From: Zootoca vivipara
Taxonomy: Eukaryota
Assembly (NCBI RefSeq): GCF_963506605.1
Contig: NC_083288.1
Span: 40,486,001-40,550,000, forward strand
Direction: 5' to 3'
Length of the DNA: 64,000 nucleotides
The position numbers and the translations under genes are program-made. Shown piece after piece: positions 47,901-58,976 of this stretch. Every line of letters begins with the position of its first letter. Within the stretch, counting starts at the first letter, position 1. The notes below the pieces were generated by a model. It searched no databases. It was not told the origin of the DNA and worked only from the letters and a program-made list of their open reading frames with translations.

Positions 47901-50900
47901 GAATTATATCATTGTGATTTGCGTATTAGCTGACCTTCTGTTCTGGTAAAAGAACGGCATCTTGCTGAATCATCAGTTCCTTTAAAGCATCAGGTTACCA
48001 TAACTCTTCTAATATAAGCATATCCTGAGATTTATAAGGATTTACATTATCACCTTAATTGTGGCCCTTTGGGCCCCTGCTACAATAACTGCCATAACTG
48101 TACAAACCGACAGAACTATGCCCTTTTAAAATGTGGTTTGTTTGTTTTTACAGGGGCTATTGGGTTGTTGTTTTTATTATGATTATGTATGATGTGGTTT
48201 CATGTGTTTATTTCAATCTATGAATCGCCCTGAGACCTCTTGGTATAGGGTGGTATATAAATTCAATCCACCCACCCATTGCATCAGGCATATGAAAGCA
48301 AAGGGTTCTATAGCCTTCTGAGCATTCACCGTTTCCTTAGACTTTTGGAGGCTTTCATCCCAAACATTATGGCCAAGCCTGCACGGAGTTTGGCCTCACC
48401 ATCAGCCTGATGGACACCAACATCCTGCAACAGGTTATCACTGGCACTCCATCCATCAACATTAGTGACCACACACTTCAGGTGGTAGGTGATTTTCTTT
48501 CTACCTGGACTCCACTTGTTGGGACACAGTCTCAAACAAAGATTGTTGCCAACAACACATTTTGGAGCACAACAGTCCCTTTTCAAGAGCTTTAAACATT
48601 TGCCAATTCCTCACCCAGAAATACTTTGCTCTTTAACCCTGAGCTCCAAATTTGAACAAAGTAACAAAGATTGTAGTTCATCAGTGAGTACCAGAGCTTG
48701 TCTCCTCACACCTCTCCTTTGTAGCCATCTCTGTTTTCCTGGATCTCCTGATCTTCTCATAAAAGATGATGAAAACAAGAAATAGTCCCACCCACCTGCT
48801 TGAACTTGGGATTCCATGCAATGGCACTTCCATCCACTGTGAACTCTTTTCCTGGGGGTGCCTGAGGGTCCACCCTCCCCACTCGGACTCTCTGGAAAGT
48901 CTCATTGGGAAATGTGATCAAGTTGAGGAGATCATAGCCACCTGCCTGCTGCCCCTTCTCATCAAAAGAGATTTCTTCCCCAGCACTGTTGTTGAAGTGG
49001 ATGTTCTTCAGGAAGGAGTGAAGCTAGATTGCAAGGGGGGGGGGGGAGACAGACCTTGTAGGTTAATACGCTCTCTCTTTTGCCAGTTGGACCTTTGGCT
49101 TTTTACTACCATTCATCGGTATGTTATAGGACACTGAAAGTTGCCTTCCAGTGAGTGAAATCATTGCTCTATATAGCTCAGTAATTTCTACACTGGTTGT
49201 TATTGACTCTCTAAGGTTGCTCTAGTCTATTCTGAATTCAAAGCAGATGCTCTGCCATTGAGCTGTAAGCTCTTGTTTTACTTGGCATAGATACTGGGTA
49301 CTTCAAAAAACTCCCCATTAACATATGAAACTGTCATGTGCTGAGTCAAACAATTGGTCTCTGTAGTCCAGAACTGTCTACTCTGAATTGCCACAGTTCT
49401 ATACGGCATACATCTGAGGTTTCAACCCAGTTCTGATGACAGAGGACACCCCTTTCCCTTATGCAGCCCCAAGTAGGAGAATCCTGGGATGGATTAATTT
49501 CAAGAGTTTGAATGTGCAGCTTGCAAAGCATAAGAAATAAATTCTCACCCAATGATAGAGCTCACCAGGGAAAATCCCCAAGGCCTCTCCTCCATGCCAG
49601 GTCTCAGCTGTGCAACATACAAATCAGTAATAATAATAACACCTGTGCTTCTAACATTGAGGAGAGTAGTTGACAGTACCTGCCAGGGCTGAACTTTTGG
49701 CTGCATCCATCTTTCACCCAGTACTTTCTGTTTGCCTCTTGATGAATACATGCTATGGAGAGCATGTGCTACTGCATGGACGGCATTGTAGATGGTGTAG
49801 CTCTGGCTGGACATTTCCATTTCAAAGACAGGTCCAGTGAGTTTCTCCAGCTTCTCCTCCCCAGTGCAGTTTCTCTGAGTTGTGGCAATTAGATTGTGAT
49901 CTGGGAATGAACAGAGGAATGCACTGGCCCAGAACTCCTGGATGAAATAAAGATTTGGCTGCCATGGATTCATGGTCTGTAGAAAGTCCTGAAACCCTGG
50001 AACTGGATTTGAATGGAGTGTAAATGACAAAGTGCCATTGAAGGATATTGATGGGAATTTGTTTCCAGCCAGCACTGTAGTGAAATCCCATTGAGCTGTT
50101 GTAATCCACACCCTCTCCAGAGGGTTCATAGCGAAAACCTCACAGGAGACTAAAACCAGTCTCAAACCCTCCAGAGACTGACTGTCTCCATAGACGAGAA
50201 TCACATTCATCTGCCTCTGTCTGAGAGCAAACATGATTGGTCTCAGTTTTTGTTGAAGTAGCTCATTAGGAAAAAAGTTTGTCACTAGTGGGATCACCAG
50301 TGTCCAGGAAATGCAAAGATTATTCTGGAAAAGCCTTGGTCTGAGAGTACGAAGGAAGGTTTCTCCACTGTCATCATCTGAAACAAGGAGGCCAATCCAG
50401 TTCCACCCAAACGTCCGGAGGAGCCACACAATGCCATCATATTGAGCTTCTTCATTTGGGGCCATTTGGAAGAAGGAAGGGAAGTGCCTTTGGTCACTCA
50501 GCACTGGATCTAAGGAGCCATAGCTGAGCTAAAGGGAAAGACACCATATTTTTAAGAATCCGAAGACCATGTATTTCTTCAAAGAAATAATACTTCTGTA
50601 TTGTGGTGGTTAACCACCTGGTCTTACTTTTCAGAGTCTACACCCCTGGCATTATTAAGTCTCAGGGTAGGAGAAGTTTCTAAACAGGAGGCTGGATGCT
50701 CCCATGATTACATGCTTTGTGGCATTGTCAGGTTTGGAAGAATCAGAACTTTGGTTATTACTATTATTGCTTCCTTTGCCCCCCCCCCGAAATCCCAATC
50801 CTAATTGAGACGGCAGTGTAGGCAACACATAGCTATGAGGCTTTAACATAATCATGTACCCATACCAAGTCTAATGTAGGACATATGTGTAGAAAACATA

Positions 50901-53900
50901 ATGTAATGGGATTGAAAGCTAACCTGGATGCTTTTTGGTGTTTTCCTGTGTATTTCTGCCCTTGTGGTTGTATCTATCTACACACATACCTGTGGAATCT
51001 TGTAGGTGTTTAATATATTGGCCATCTGAAGGGAGTTTTGGGAGGTGAGCCCTCCAACGACGGCAACTAATTTATCTTCCCCCTTACAGTGGTAATTGGG
51101 GGGATTTTTTTGTCCCATGAAAAGAAGAGCAAGAGTGTTGAAACAAGATCGCAAAGGGTTAAAAGCATTCTCATAAAATGTTGATCCCAGGGTGATGTTG
51201 GATAAGAATTTGGCATTCTTGTTGATCTCTTGCATGGCAAAGATGAAGGCAAGAACATGCTGGTAGTTTTTCGGGATCACACTGCAATGAGACAAAGAAT
51301 GACTACAACACCTTTTTAGAACTAAAATATCCACCTGATGAAGTTAAACAACAGATCAACAGAGCCAGACAGATACCTAGAGAGAACCTGCTGCAAGACA
51401 GACCCAAAAAAGAAAATAACAGAACACCACTAGTCATCACATACAGCTCCCAAGTTAAAACAGTACAACGCATCATCAGAGATCTACAGCCTCTCCTGGA
51501 CAATGACAGCTCCCTTTCTCAAGCTCTGGGAGGAAGACCTTTCATTGCCTACAGACAGCCACCCAATCTTAAACAACTCCTCACCCACAATAATACAACC
51601 ACCAGACTTAACATGGACACTGGTACCAGAGCCTGCAATAAACCCAGATGCCAACTTTGCTGCCACATACACCCAGACAACACCATTACTGGCCCCAACA
51701 ACATCCAACATACCATCTCAGGACTATTTAATTGCTCATCCTCTAACATTGTGTATGCCATCAAATGCCAACAGTGCCCTTCAGCTCTCTATATTGGACA
51801 AACAGGCCAAACCCTACGCCAAAGGATAAATGGACATAAATCTGACATCAGGAACCAGAAGACAGAAAAACCAGTAGGAGAACACTTCAATCTCCCAGGA
51901 CATTCTATACAAGATCTCAAAGTAGCTGTCTTACTACAAAAGAATTTCAGAAATAGACTGGAAAGAGAAGTTGCTGAATTACAACTTATCACCAAGCTCA
52001 AAACCATGGAGGGACCTGGTTTGAACAGAGATATCGGATTCTTATCTCATTATACATGATAAGCGATCTTCAGCCATCTCAACCCTTGCTTTTTCATGCA
52101 AAACCATTTGCAGTCGTTTCCAGTCATCAACAGCTATCAGTCAGTCAATCACCCATTTCCACCACCCTTCTGAGTGATCCCCCAACCCCATCCCCACCCC
52201 TCCCCACTCCTTCTCTACATATGTGCCTGGAAACTCCCATTTCACTGTATCTGAAGAAGTGTGCATGCACACGAAAGCTCATACCAAAATAAAAACTTAG
52301 TTGGTCTTTAAGGTGCTACTGAAGGAATTTTTTTATTTTACTTCGACCCAGACCAACACGGCTACCTACCTACAACACTGGAGGAAGAGAAACAAGTGTG
52401 TTTCAGTTTTGATTTGTGAATCTATGTACCTTGAATGTTGCAACCCATAGGACAGGAACATTTTATTACAACTAATGAAACTGGAGCAGTCTCCTTATAG
52501 ATTTTGATTAGATTTAGGTAAATGGTGAATTCAAAGAGATTCATTTTTGTGCTATGGATGAATTGGTGGGTTTGGATATGGGAAACCCAGAAACAGAAAG
52601 CTGTTAAGTTCTACGGTTAACACATTCCCCTCTCTTTTAAACATAATCTCCATGCCTGTCTCTTGTTCTTCTTCTTTGTCCACCACCTCCCTTCCGTTTC
52701 TGAACCATGAAGTATTCACTGGAATATGTTCTCAATTCAACCTGTAGAACAACCATTTAGTATACCAGTGTGCTCCAACACACAAGGGCTTTTGAGCGGC
52801 CCTTGAATCACAGTGTAAGAGAGGGAGACAGTGTCAGCATTTGTGCCCGGGGGACAGGATGAGACTGCCCAGAGCTGGAGCAATGCCCTGTGCACATTCC
52901 TGGCTGTAAGGACAGACTTGTGGCATGAAAATATGCGATTGTCCTCATTTGTGAAGAACAACACACACAAGTAATAAAGAGCCATACAGTAGGGCTAAAC
53001 TACTTTATTGTAGGCTATTCACAACATCAATCTCTGCTGCGCTGCTCAGATACTCAGAGTTGTGCATAGTTGCTTCCAGCACGTCTCGAGCCAGAAGCGA
53101 AAATAAAGAAGTACAATACCATCACATGGGGAGAAAGGCAGATAACACACAGTCATTTTTCACGGTAAAATTCCAGACACACAAATCATACCACCCTGTG
53201 CTGTAGAAGCTCGGTGAACAAAATCATAACAGACAGATGGGAGGGTAGGACTGGGATGGTCTCTCCTTCTCTCCTTCTCTCCCTGCTACATTTTGACTGC
53301 CAGTAGTGAGCTCCAGGAACAGACAGAGAAACTGCATATGAGCAATATCTGCTCTATTTCCCCCTCGCTGCTTTCTGCACGCTAAGTCTTCTAAACTGCT
53401 GATTTCATGCAACTCCAAGCCATTAGCAAGTGACAGAATACTTGGTACGCCTATTTAAATTATGACAAGTGTAAAGTACATAAAAGCTTTACCAACCATA
53501 TAATAAGAAATGTGCTGTTTAAGGTACGGGCAAAATACAAACCCCTGCTAGAACATAAAACACCACTTTGGATATCTCCTTTAGAGGCCAAGGTGGTTAA
53601 AAAGAAAAATATGAAAGGAGATTGGCTGCCATATAACTCATTACTAACAGAGGATGGTAACCAAGTAAGACTAAAGAATTATGAAGAAGTAAAGGATCAA
53701 CTATTAGGATGGCTAGAGTATTCCCAACTCTTTGCGACGTCCAGTACATTTCTGAGCACAATTCAAAGTGTTGGTGCTGACCTTTAAAGCCCTAAACGGC
53801 GTTGGTCCAGTATATCTGAAGGAGCATCTCCACCCCCATCATTCTACCAGGACACTGAGGTCCAGTGCCGAGGGCCTTCTGGTGGTTCCCTCGCTGCGAG

Positions 53901-56247
53901 AAGCCAAGTTTCAGGGAACCAGGCAGAGGGCCTTCTCGGTGGTGGCGCCTGCCTTGTGGAACGCTCTCCCACCAGATGTGAAAGAGAACAACTACCAGAC
54001 TTTTAGAAGACATCCAAAGGCAGCCCTGTTTAGGGAAGCTTTTAATGTTTGATGGATTACTGTATTTTAATATTTTGTTGGATGCTGCCCAGAGTGGCTG
54101 GGGAAGCCCAGCCAGATGGGCGGGGTATTATTATTAATAATAATAAAAAAATAATTTATTCAAAAATAGGATATGTTCAAGAGATATCTATAAAAAATAA
54201 CAGTAATATACCATCTATGGCACCGTTTGAATGACCCTTGGGAATATAAAACATTGAGAAATAAGGAAAAAAGGTACGATATGTTGTAAGAAAGTAGTAC
54301 GGTAGAAACTATATTAAGAGTAAGGTAATAAATATAAGTACATTCACTATTATAAATGTCAATTACATCGGGAAATAATGGGAAGTTTACTTTATGTTAT
54401 GTTGTTGTTATGTTATGTCATGTTATCGTATTCTATTTTAGTTTGTTATGATTTATGAGGAAAGAGAACATATAAGTCTAAATTAATCATTAACGTTAAA
54501 TTTATTTAAGATTATTTTTCTTTCTTTGCACTTGTATGTGTGAATTTAGCATTGTGTAAAATACCAATAAACTTCAATAAAGGGTTTCTTCCCCCAAAAA
54601 GCAAGTGACAGAACAGATTGTTTCTGGGAAATGCAAGGTCTGTGTCACCCAGGCTCCATTTATTCTGTTGGGAGATGAGGATCCATTTGCTCTAGGCCTC
54701 TTCGCAAACCAGCTCAGCTCACTCCAAACTTTCCTTATACTGCTGCATGCCTTACAGAAATATACTTGGGAAGCAAACCCCTCCTTTTCTTTTTTTATTC
54801 AATGCATTTGGCATCCCCAATAAGCATGTGTAGGATTACAAGCATAGGATCCAACACCTAGGGGCTGAAGGGTCTTCGGACCCCCCCAGATATTGGAGAA
54901 AGCCTCTCCCCCCAAAAGCATTGCCATTGAAATGGTGTGCATGGACTGTTTCATGTGATCCATTATGCGGAGAGGGGCTTACCTGCTCCCCCCATATTTT
55001 ATGCAAGTTAGCATCGTTGATTACAGGGTTTGATCGCTAAAGCTTTCATTTGAAATTGCCTCCTCCCAAGTATACATGAGTTAAGGAAAGCTGCCCTTGA
55101 TTCCAAATATTTGAGAGGAAGCATCCCATTGGCTGAACTGGCGCTCTCAGAAACATGATTTAAGCAGCAATCCAGTTGCAGCCACTTACCCGTCAGTGGT
55201 GATTACTTCAGAGTAGACATGGATAGGGTTGCCCATTTCGGTTAAAAGCCGATGCATGCTGGTGGGAAGTGAGGTGTACTTGCGGGTAAAGTTTGGCATA
55301 GGGATGGGTTGCAAAATCTATGGGTTTCAAGTAGCTTCGAAATTTCAGCTGGGTTGTATCTGTGGCCCATATGGGGGGAAAGCAGGGGAAATCTAGGAAC
55401 CAAACTTAAGCTCTTTGAAATCCCCATGGTTTTCATGAAGATTCTGAAGCCCATGCTTAAGAGTTGATGGTCCTCTGCTCTTTTGCCTAAGAAGAAACTC
55501 ACTGACCAAAATGAAGGGACTTGTTTTCAAGTAAATGTGTACCAAATGCATGCAGTTTTTTGCACTTTCAGTTTTTTTGCATGCATTTGGGACACACAAA
55601 TGTGTCCCAAATGCATGCAGGTTTTTGCACTTGTAAGGGGAGGGAGCTGCAATTTATCACGCTGCATTGTCCTACAGTGTCCTTGTGGAGTATATGTATG
55701 TCTCTCTCTCTGTGTGTGATTGTGAGTGAAGTTAAGGGTGGGGGTGAATGCTGCTGGTTCTCCTTCCTCTACTTCATTCCAGACTTCCCTAAATGGTCAC
55801 ATGTTCTGCATTGGCACCAGTGGTACCATCAGGAGGGCATGGTGGAATGACAAAAGCTAATCTGAGTGGTGGGACATAAGTCTGAATGTATCCTAGAAGG
55901 CTTAAAGGAGAAGCTGATGCAGTTGTTTATTTCATCAAGTCAAGAATGATCAGTGGGCCCAGTAGACAGTTTCCCACTAAATAAATAGCTACTTACTGAG
56001 CAGTTAATGAAGAGGCTTGTGGGTCCTCTGTTAATTTCTGCATTCTGAAGTTCGCTTGTGTGATGGATACAAATACACCGATTATCATGTCTTCCGGAGG
56101 ACCATATGAATAGGTTTGAATTGTTGGTCTCAATCTGCATGAGGAGGAGTTCAAACTCTTGCTAGAAGAACAATGGAGCAGCAACAGCAGGAAAAGCAGG
56201 TAGAGCACTAACCATTCTTGGGTTGAATTGCAGCTGGAGGCCATCAT
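44925..56247 (-). CDS. Vomeronasal type-2 receptor, paralogue 2, six exons, 885 aa
   Basis: Exons 56247-55997, 51281-50990, 50528-49680, 49023-48796, 46724-46598, 45835-44925 (251+292+849+228+127+911 = 2658 nt); GT-AG introns with an intact frame. Confidence 0.95.
47071..47471 (+). mobile_element. 5'-truncated L1-like 3' end in V2R intron 4 (shared with paralogue 3, ~61029-61773)
   Basis: 13-bp TSD tacttagtgtact (47058-47070 / 47472-47484), AATAAA and A tail; absent from paralogue 1. Confidence 0.75.
51312..52369 (+). mobile_element. Penelope-like element (Neptune type), 5'-truncated: RT thumb, Zn linker, GIY-YIG endonuclease, 3' pLTR
   Basis: Frame open to 52059 with [22 protein letters not shown] and GLN motifs; ctacaacac duplicated at 51303-51311 / 52370-52378; empty site in paralogue 1. 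Confidence 0.93.
52247..52284 (+). ncRNA. Minimal type I hammerhead ribozyme in the Penelope pLTR
   Basis: gtat-CTGAAGA-a-gtgtgcatgcacac-GAAA-gctc-atac: CUGANGA and GAAA core boxes, palindromic stem II, stem I gtat/atac. Confidence 0.8.
52832..53231. mobile_element. Solo LTR (400 bp) in intron 1 of V2R paralogue 2
   Basis: TGTCA...TAACA termini, 5-bp TSD gacag (52827-52831 / 53232-53236), internal AATAAA; absent from paralogue 1 (~34560). Confidence 0.85.
53439..54599 (+). mobile_element. 5'-truncated L1 whose interior is replaced by an L2 3' fragment (~53760-54150)
   Basis: TSD agcaagtgacagaa (53425-53438 / 54600-54613). L1 ORF2 peptide ([19 protein letters not shown]) homologous to 8710-9000, then the L2 tail, then the L1 C-terminus, 3' UTR and AATAAA. 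Confidence 0.85.
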
Positions 56248-56371
56248 GTTTACATTCAGTTAACAATAGCATTTCAGTCTTGGCTAAAGTTATAGGGAAA
56301 CCTGGCTGCAGGGAGGCATGTATCTGCCTCAAAATCCACCTCCCTAACTGGATTCAGGTGAGTTGATAGGA

Positions 56372-56512
56372 CAGCCGCCTATATAGAGCACAACACAGGA
56401 TCATCACATTTGGAAAGGGCTGTTTCTGTCACTGTTATTGTGCCTGGCATCAGATTTCCCATGGGATATTTAGAAGTAGTGATGCTGATCAATAATTATA
56501 AAAATTACAGGG
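56372..56512 (-). promoter_or_regulatory. Putative promoter of V2R paralogue 2
   Basis: TATATA 56380-56385, palindromic O/E site TCCCATGGGA 56457-56466, TAATTA 56493-56498. Confidence 0.6.
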
Positions 56513-56648
56513 TGGGTGAACTGTTTTGCTCAAGTTCTCAACTCTCAAAATAAGCAAAGTGCTAAATCAATATCATCCGACTATAGCCCAAGATCTGCTC
56601 CCTTGTGAAGCAGTGCCTTGGACAGTTGGTCTAACATTCTGAATTGAT

Positions 56649-56848
56649 TCAGTAGCACCTTAAAGACCAACTAAGTTTTTATTTTGGTATGAGCTTTCGT
56701 GTGCATGCACACTTCTTCAGATATCTGAAGAAGTGTGCATGCACACGAAAGCTCATACCAAAATAAAAACTTAGTTGGTCTTTAAGGTGCTACTGAAGGA
56801 ATTTTTTTTTTTTTACTTCGATCCAGACCAACACGGCTACCTACCTGT
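56649..56848. mobile_element. Penelope pLTR fragment as an inverted duplication containing two hammerhead cores
   Basis: Perfect 75+75-bp palindrome 56648-56797 centred on gat|atc; 13-bp TSD attctgaattgat (56636-56648 / 56849-56861). Confidence 0.93.
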
Positions 56849-58203
56849 ATTCTGAATTGATATAATGTGAAACTTGGCCAGAGTATAGATAGAGGATTGT
56901 GGATGTACATATCCCTTCCTTTGATTCAAACCACTAGCCCTTCTATCTAACTACAGTCTACCCCAAGTATCAATAATTCTCCCTTGTCCTTCAAAGTGTT
57001 TTTCTCTCATTCAACTGGGCAGGGGCGAACGGTGCCGCTTGGCTGCCCGAGGTGGCACCTCTGGGGCATCGCTCCACAGCGCGCATGTGTCCTGACGCCA
57101 CGCATGTGTCCTGACGTCACAAAGCACGCCAGGACAAACTGCGCATGTCCACACATGCACACTCCAGGTTGGTGCTGCTGCTCTGCTGCTCTGCTCGGCT
57201 AGCACACTCTGAAGCAGAGCATTCCGCCTGGCAACCCGCTCTGTAGCGTGCTCTGCTTCTTCTTGCTTGGGTGGAGGAGGCGAGGGACGGGTCAGGGGCC
57301 GGGGGCGTTGGCCCCGTGCGCTGCCCCACCAGACTGGAGCTAGGGGCGGCCTGCCCCCTATGCCCCTTTCTTGCTATGTGCCTGCAACTCGAGCTCTTTT
57401 AACTGGATATGTTAGCAATTAAACTGCTAATTAAGCTGAGCTCTGTTACTGAGCTATATCCCCTCGTTGTAAGCTAGATGGTTACGCACTCCTTCATTGT
57501 TTATATTGTCAACTGCCCTGTGATTCTCAGATGAAGGGCAGTATAGAATAAAAAGAATAAGAATAGGAATAGGAACAAAAAAAGAATAATAGCATGCCAG
57601 GAAATCCTTCCCTCCTTCTGCTTTCATCAGATTCCCTCACACATGTGGTTCCTGTCTCTCCCCATAGAAGCCAAAGTATCTTTTTCACTGGGTCTCTTGA
57701 TAATATTGAACTTCAGCTCCCATCATCTGTGGCCGTTGGCCCTCGCTGGCTGAGAATGAAAGTAGTTGTAGTTCAACAACTTCTGCAGACACAAGGTTGA
57801 AGAGGAGTGATCTATTCCATGTACACTACCTATTTTCATGTCATCTACCTCTCTTCATTTCATGACTCCAATCCTAACATAGAGGTGTGATGTCCAATGC
57901 CATCAGAGGCAGCCCAATGGGTGGTGGTTGGGATATCATATGGTCACTGCAGATGGTGGATTGAGATGTCACTAGGGATGAGTGAACAGGAGACACACAG
58001 ATCTCATATACTAACCCCAGCAAGGAAGAACATTCTGCAGGAAGCGCTGAAATGAATGGGAAGTGTAAAATAATATGAAAATACTTGGTGTTATTCATTT
58101 TGACAGTCTTTTGCTGCTGTAGTGAGCACTCCAGTGGAAGCAGCATCTCTATGTACTTCAATCTGCAAATGGCTCAGTTTTGTCTGCTGAAAATAAATAA
58201 ATA

Positions 58204-58239
<36 letters not shown>

Positions 58240-58976
58240 TTTTATTATTGTTATTTATACCCCACCCATCTGGCTGGGTTTTCCCAGCCACCCTGGGCAG
58301 CTTACAGCATACCTTAAAACATAAAACATCAAGCGTTAAATACCTCCTGATAGAGGGCTGCCATCAGATGTCTTTTAAAATAAATATTAAAGATTTTTTT
58401 GGTTTACAAAACTCGATGCCTTGTCTTTCTCCCTGGGTTCTACGGTATTTCTTACAAAGCAGTTACATTTGTTGTGAGACATTAGTGTTGAGCACAGTAG
58501 AAGGTTGGGGAAGAAGAGGGGGTGTAGAGAGGAGGGGTGGTGTGGTAAGGCTTATATTCCGTTTTTAACCTGAAATGGTTCTTTTTTTATTTTAAAATTC
58601 TTTTTATTCATTTTATGCGTGAATCGCCAAACCCAGAAGTAATCCTGATCTTTTTTTGAAGTTGGGTTTCTTATAGGAAAAAGGGCCAAATCTATTTTTA
58701 TTAGGCATTGCATTCTATATCTTTCTAGCTGATGTTATTGTTTCCAGAGATTATTATTAATAAAATGGTCTCAACATAAATGTGGCGATTACTGTGTTGT
58801 ACTATGAGCTAGGAAAACTGGGTTCAAATCCCCATTCAACTATGGGTCAGATACCATCTCTCAGTCTATTCCACCAGGAACTCATTGGATGGGATGCAAG
58901 AAGGGAAATAAAGACAAATTTAACATCTCCTTGCCAAAATATAAGGTCCCTGGCTAATGCCATCTCTTTCACCTTC

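Noticed and set aside
57019-57384. GC-rich insertion upstream of V2R paralogue 2 (possible CpG-island promoter)
   Set aside because: Absent from paralogue 1 and bounded by CAGG..CCTG with a degenerate duplication; likely an old DNA-transposon derivative whose family I cannot identify.
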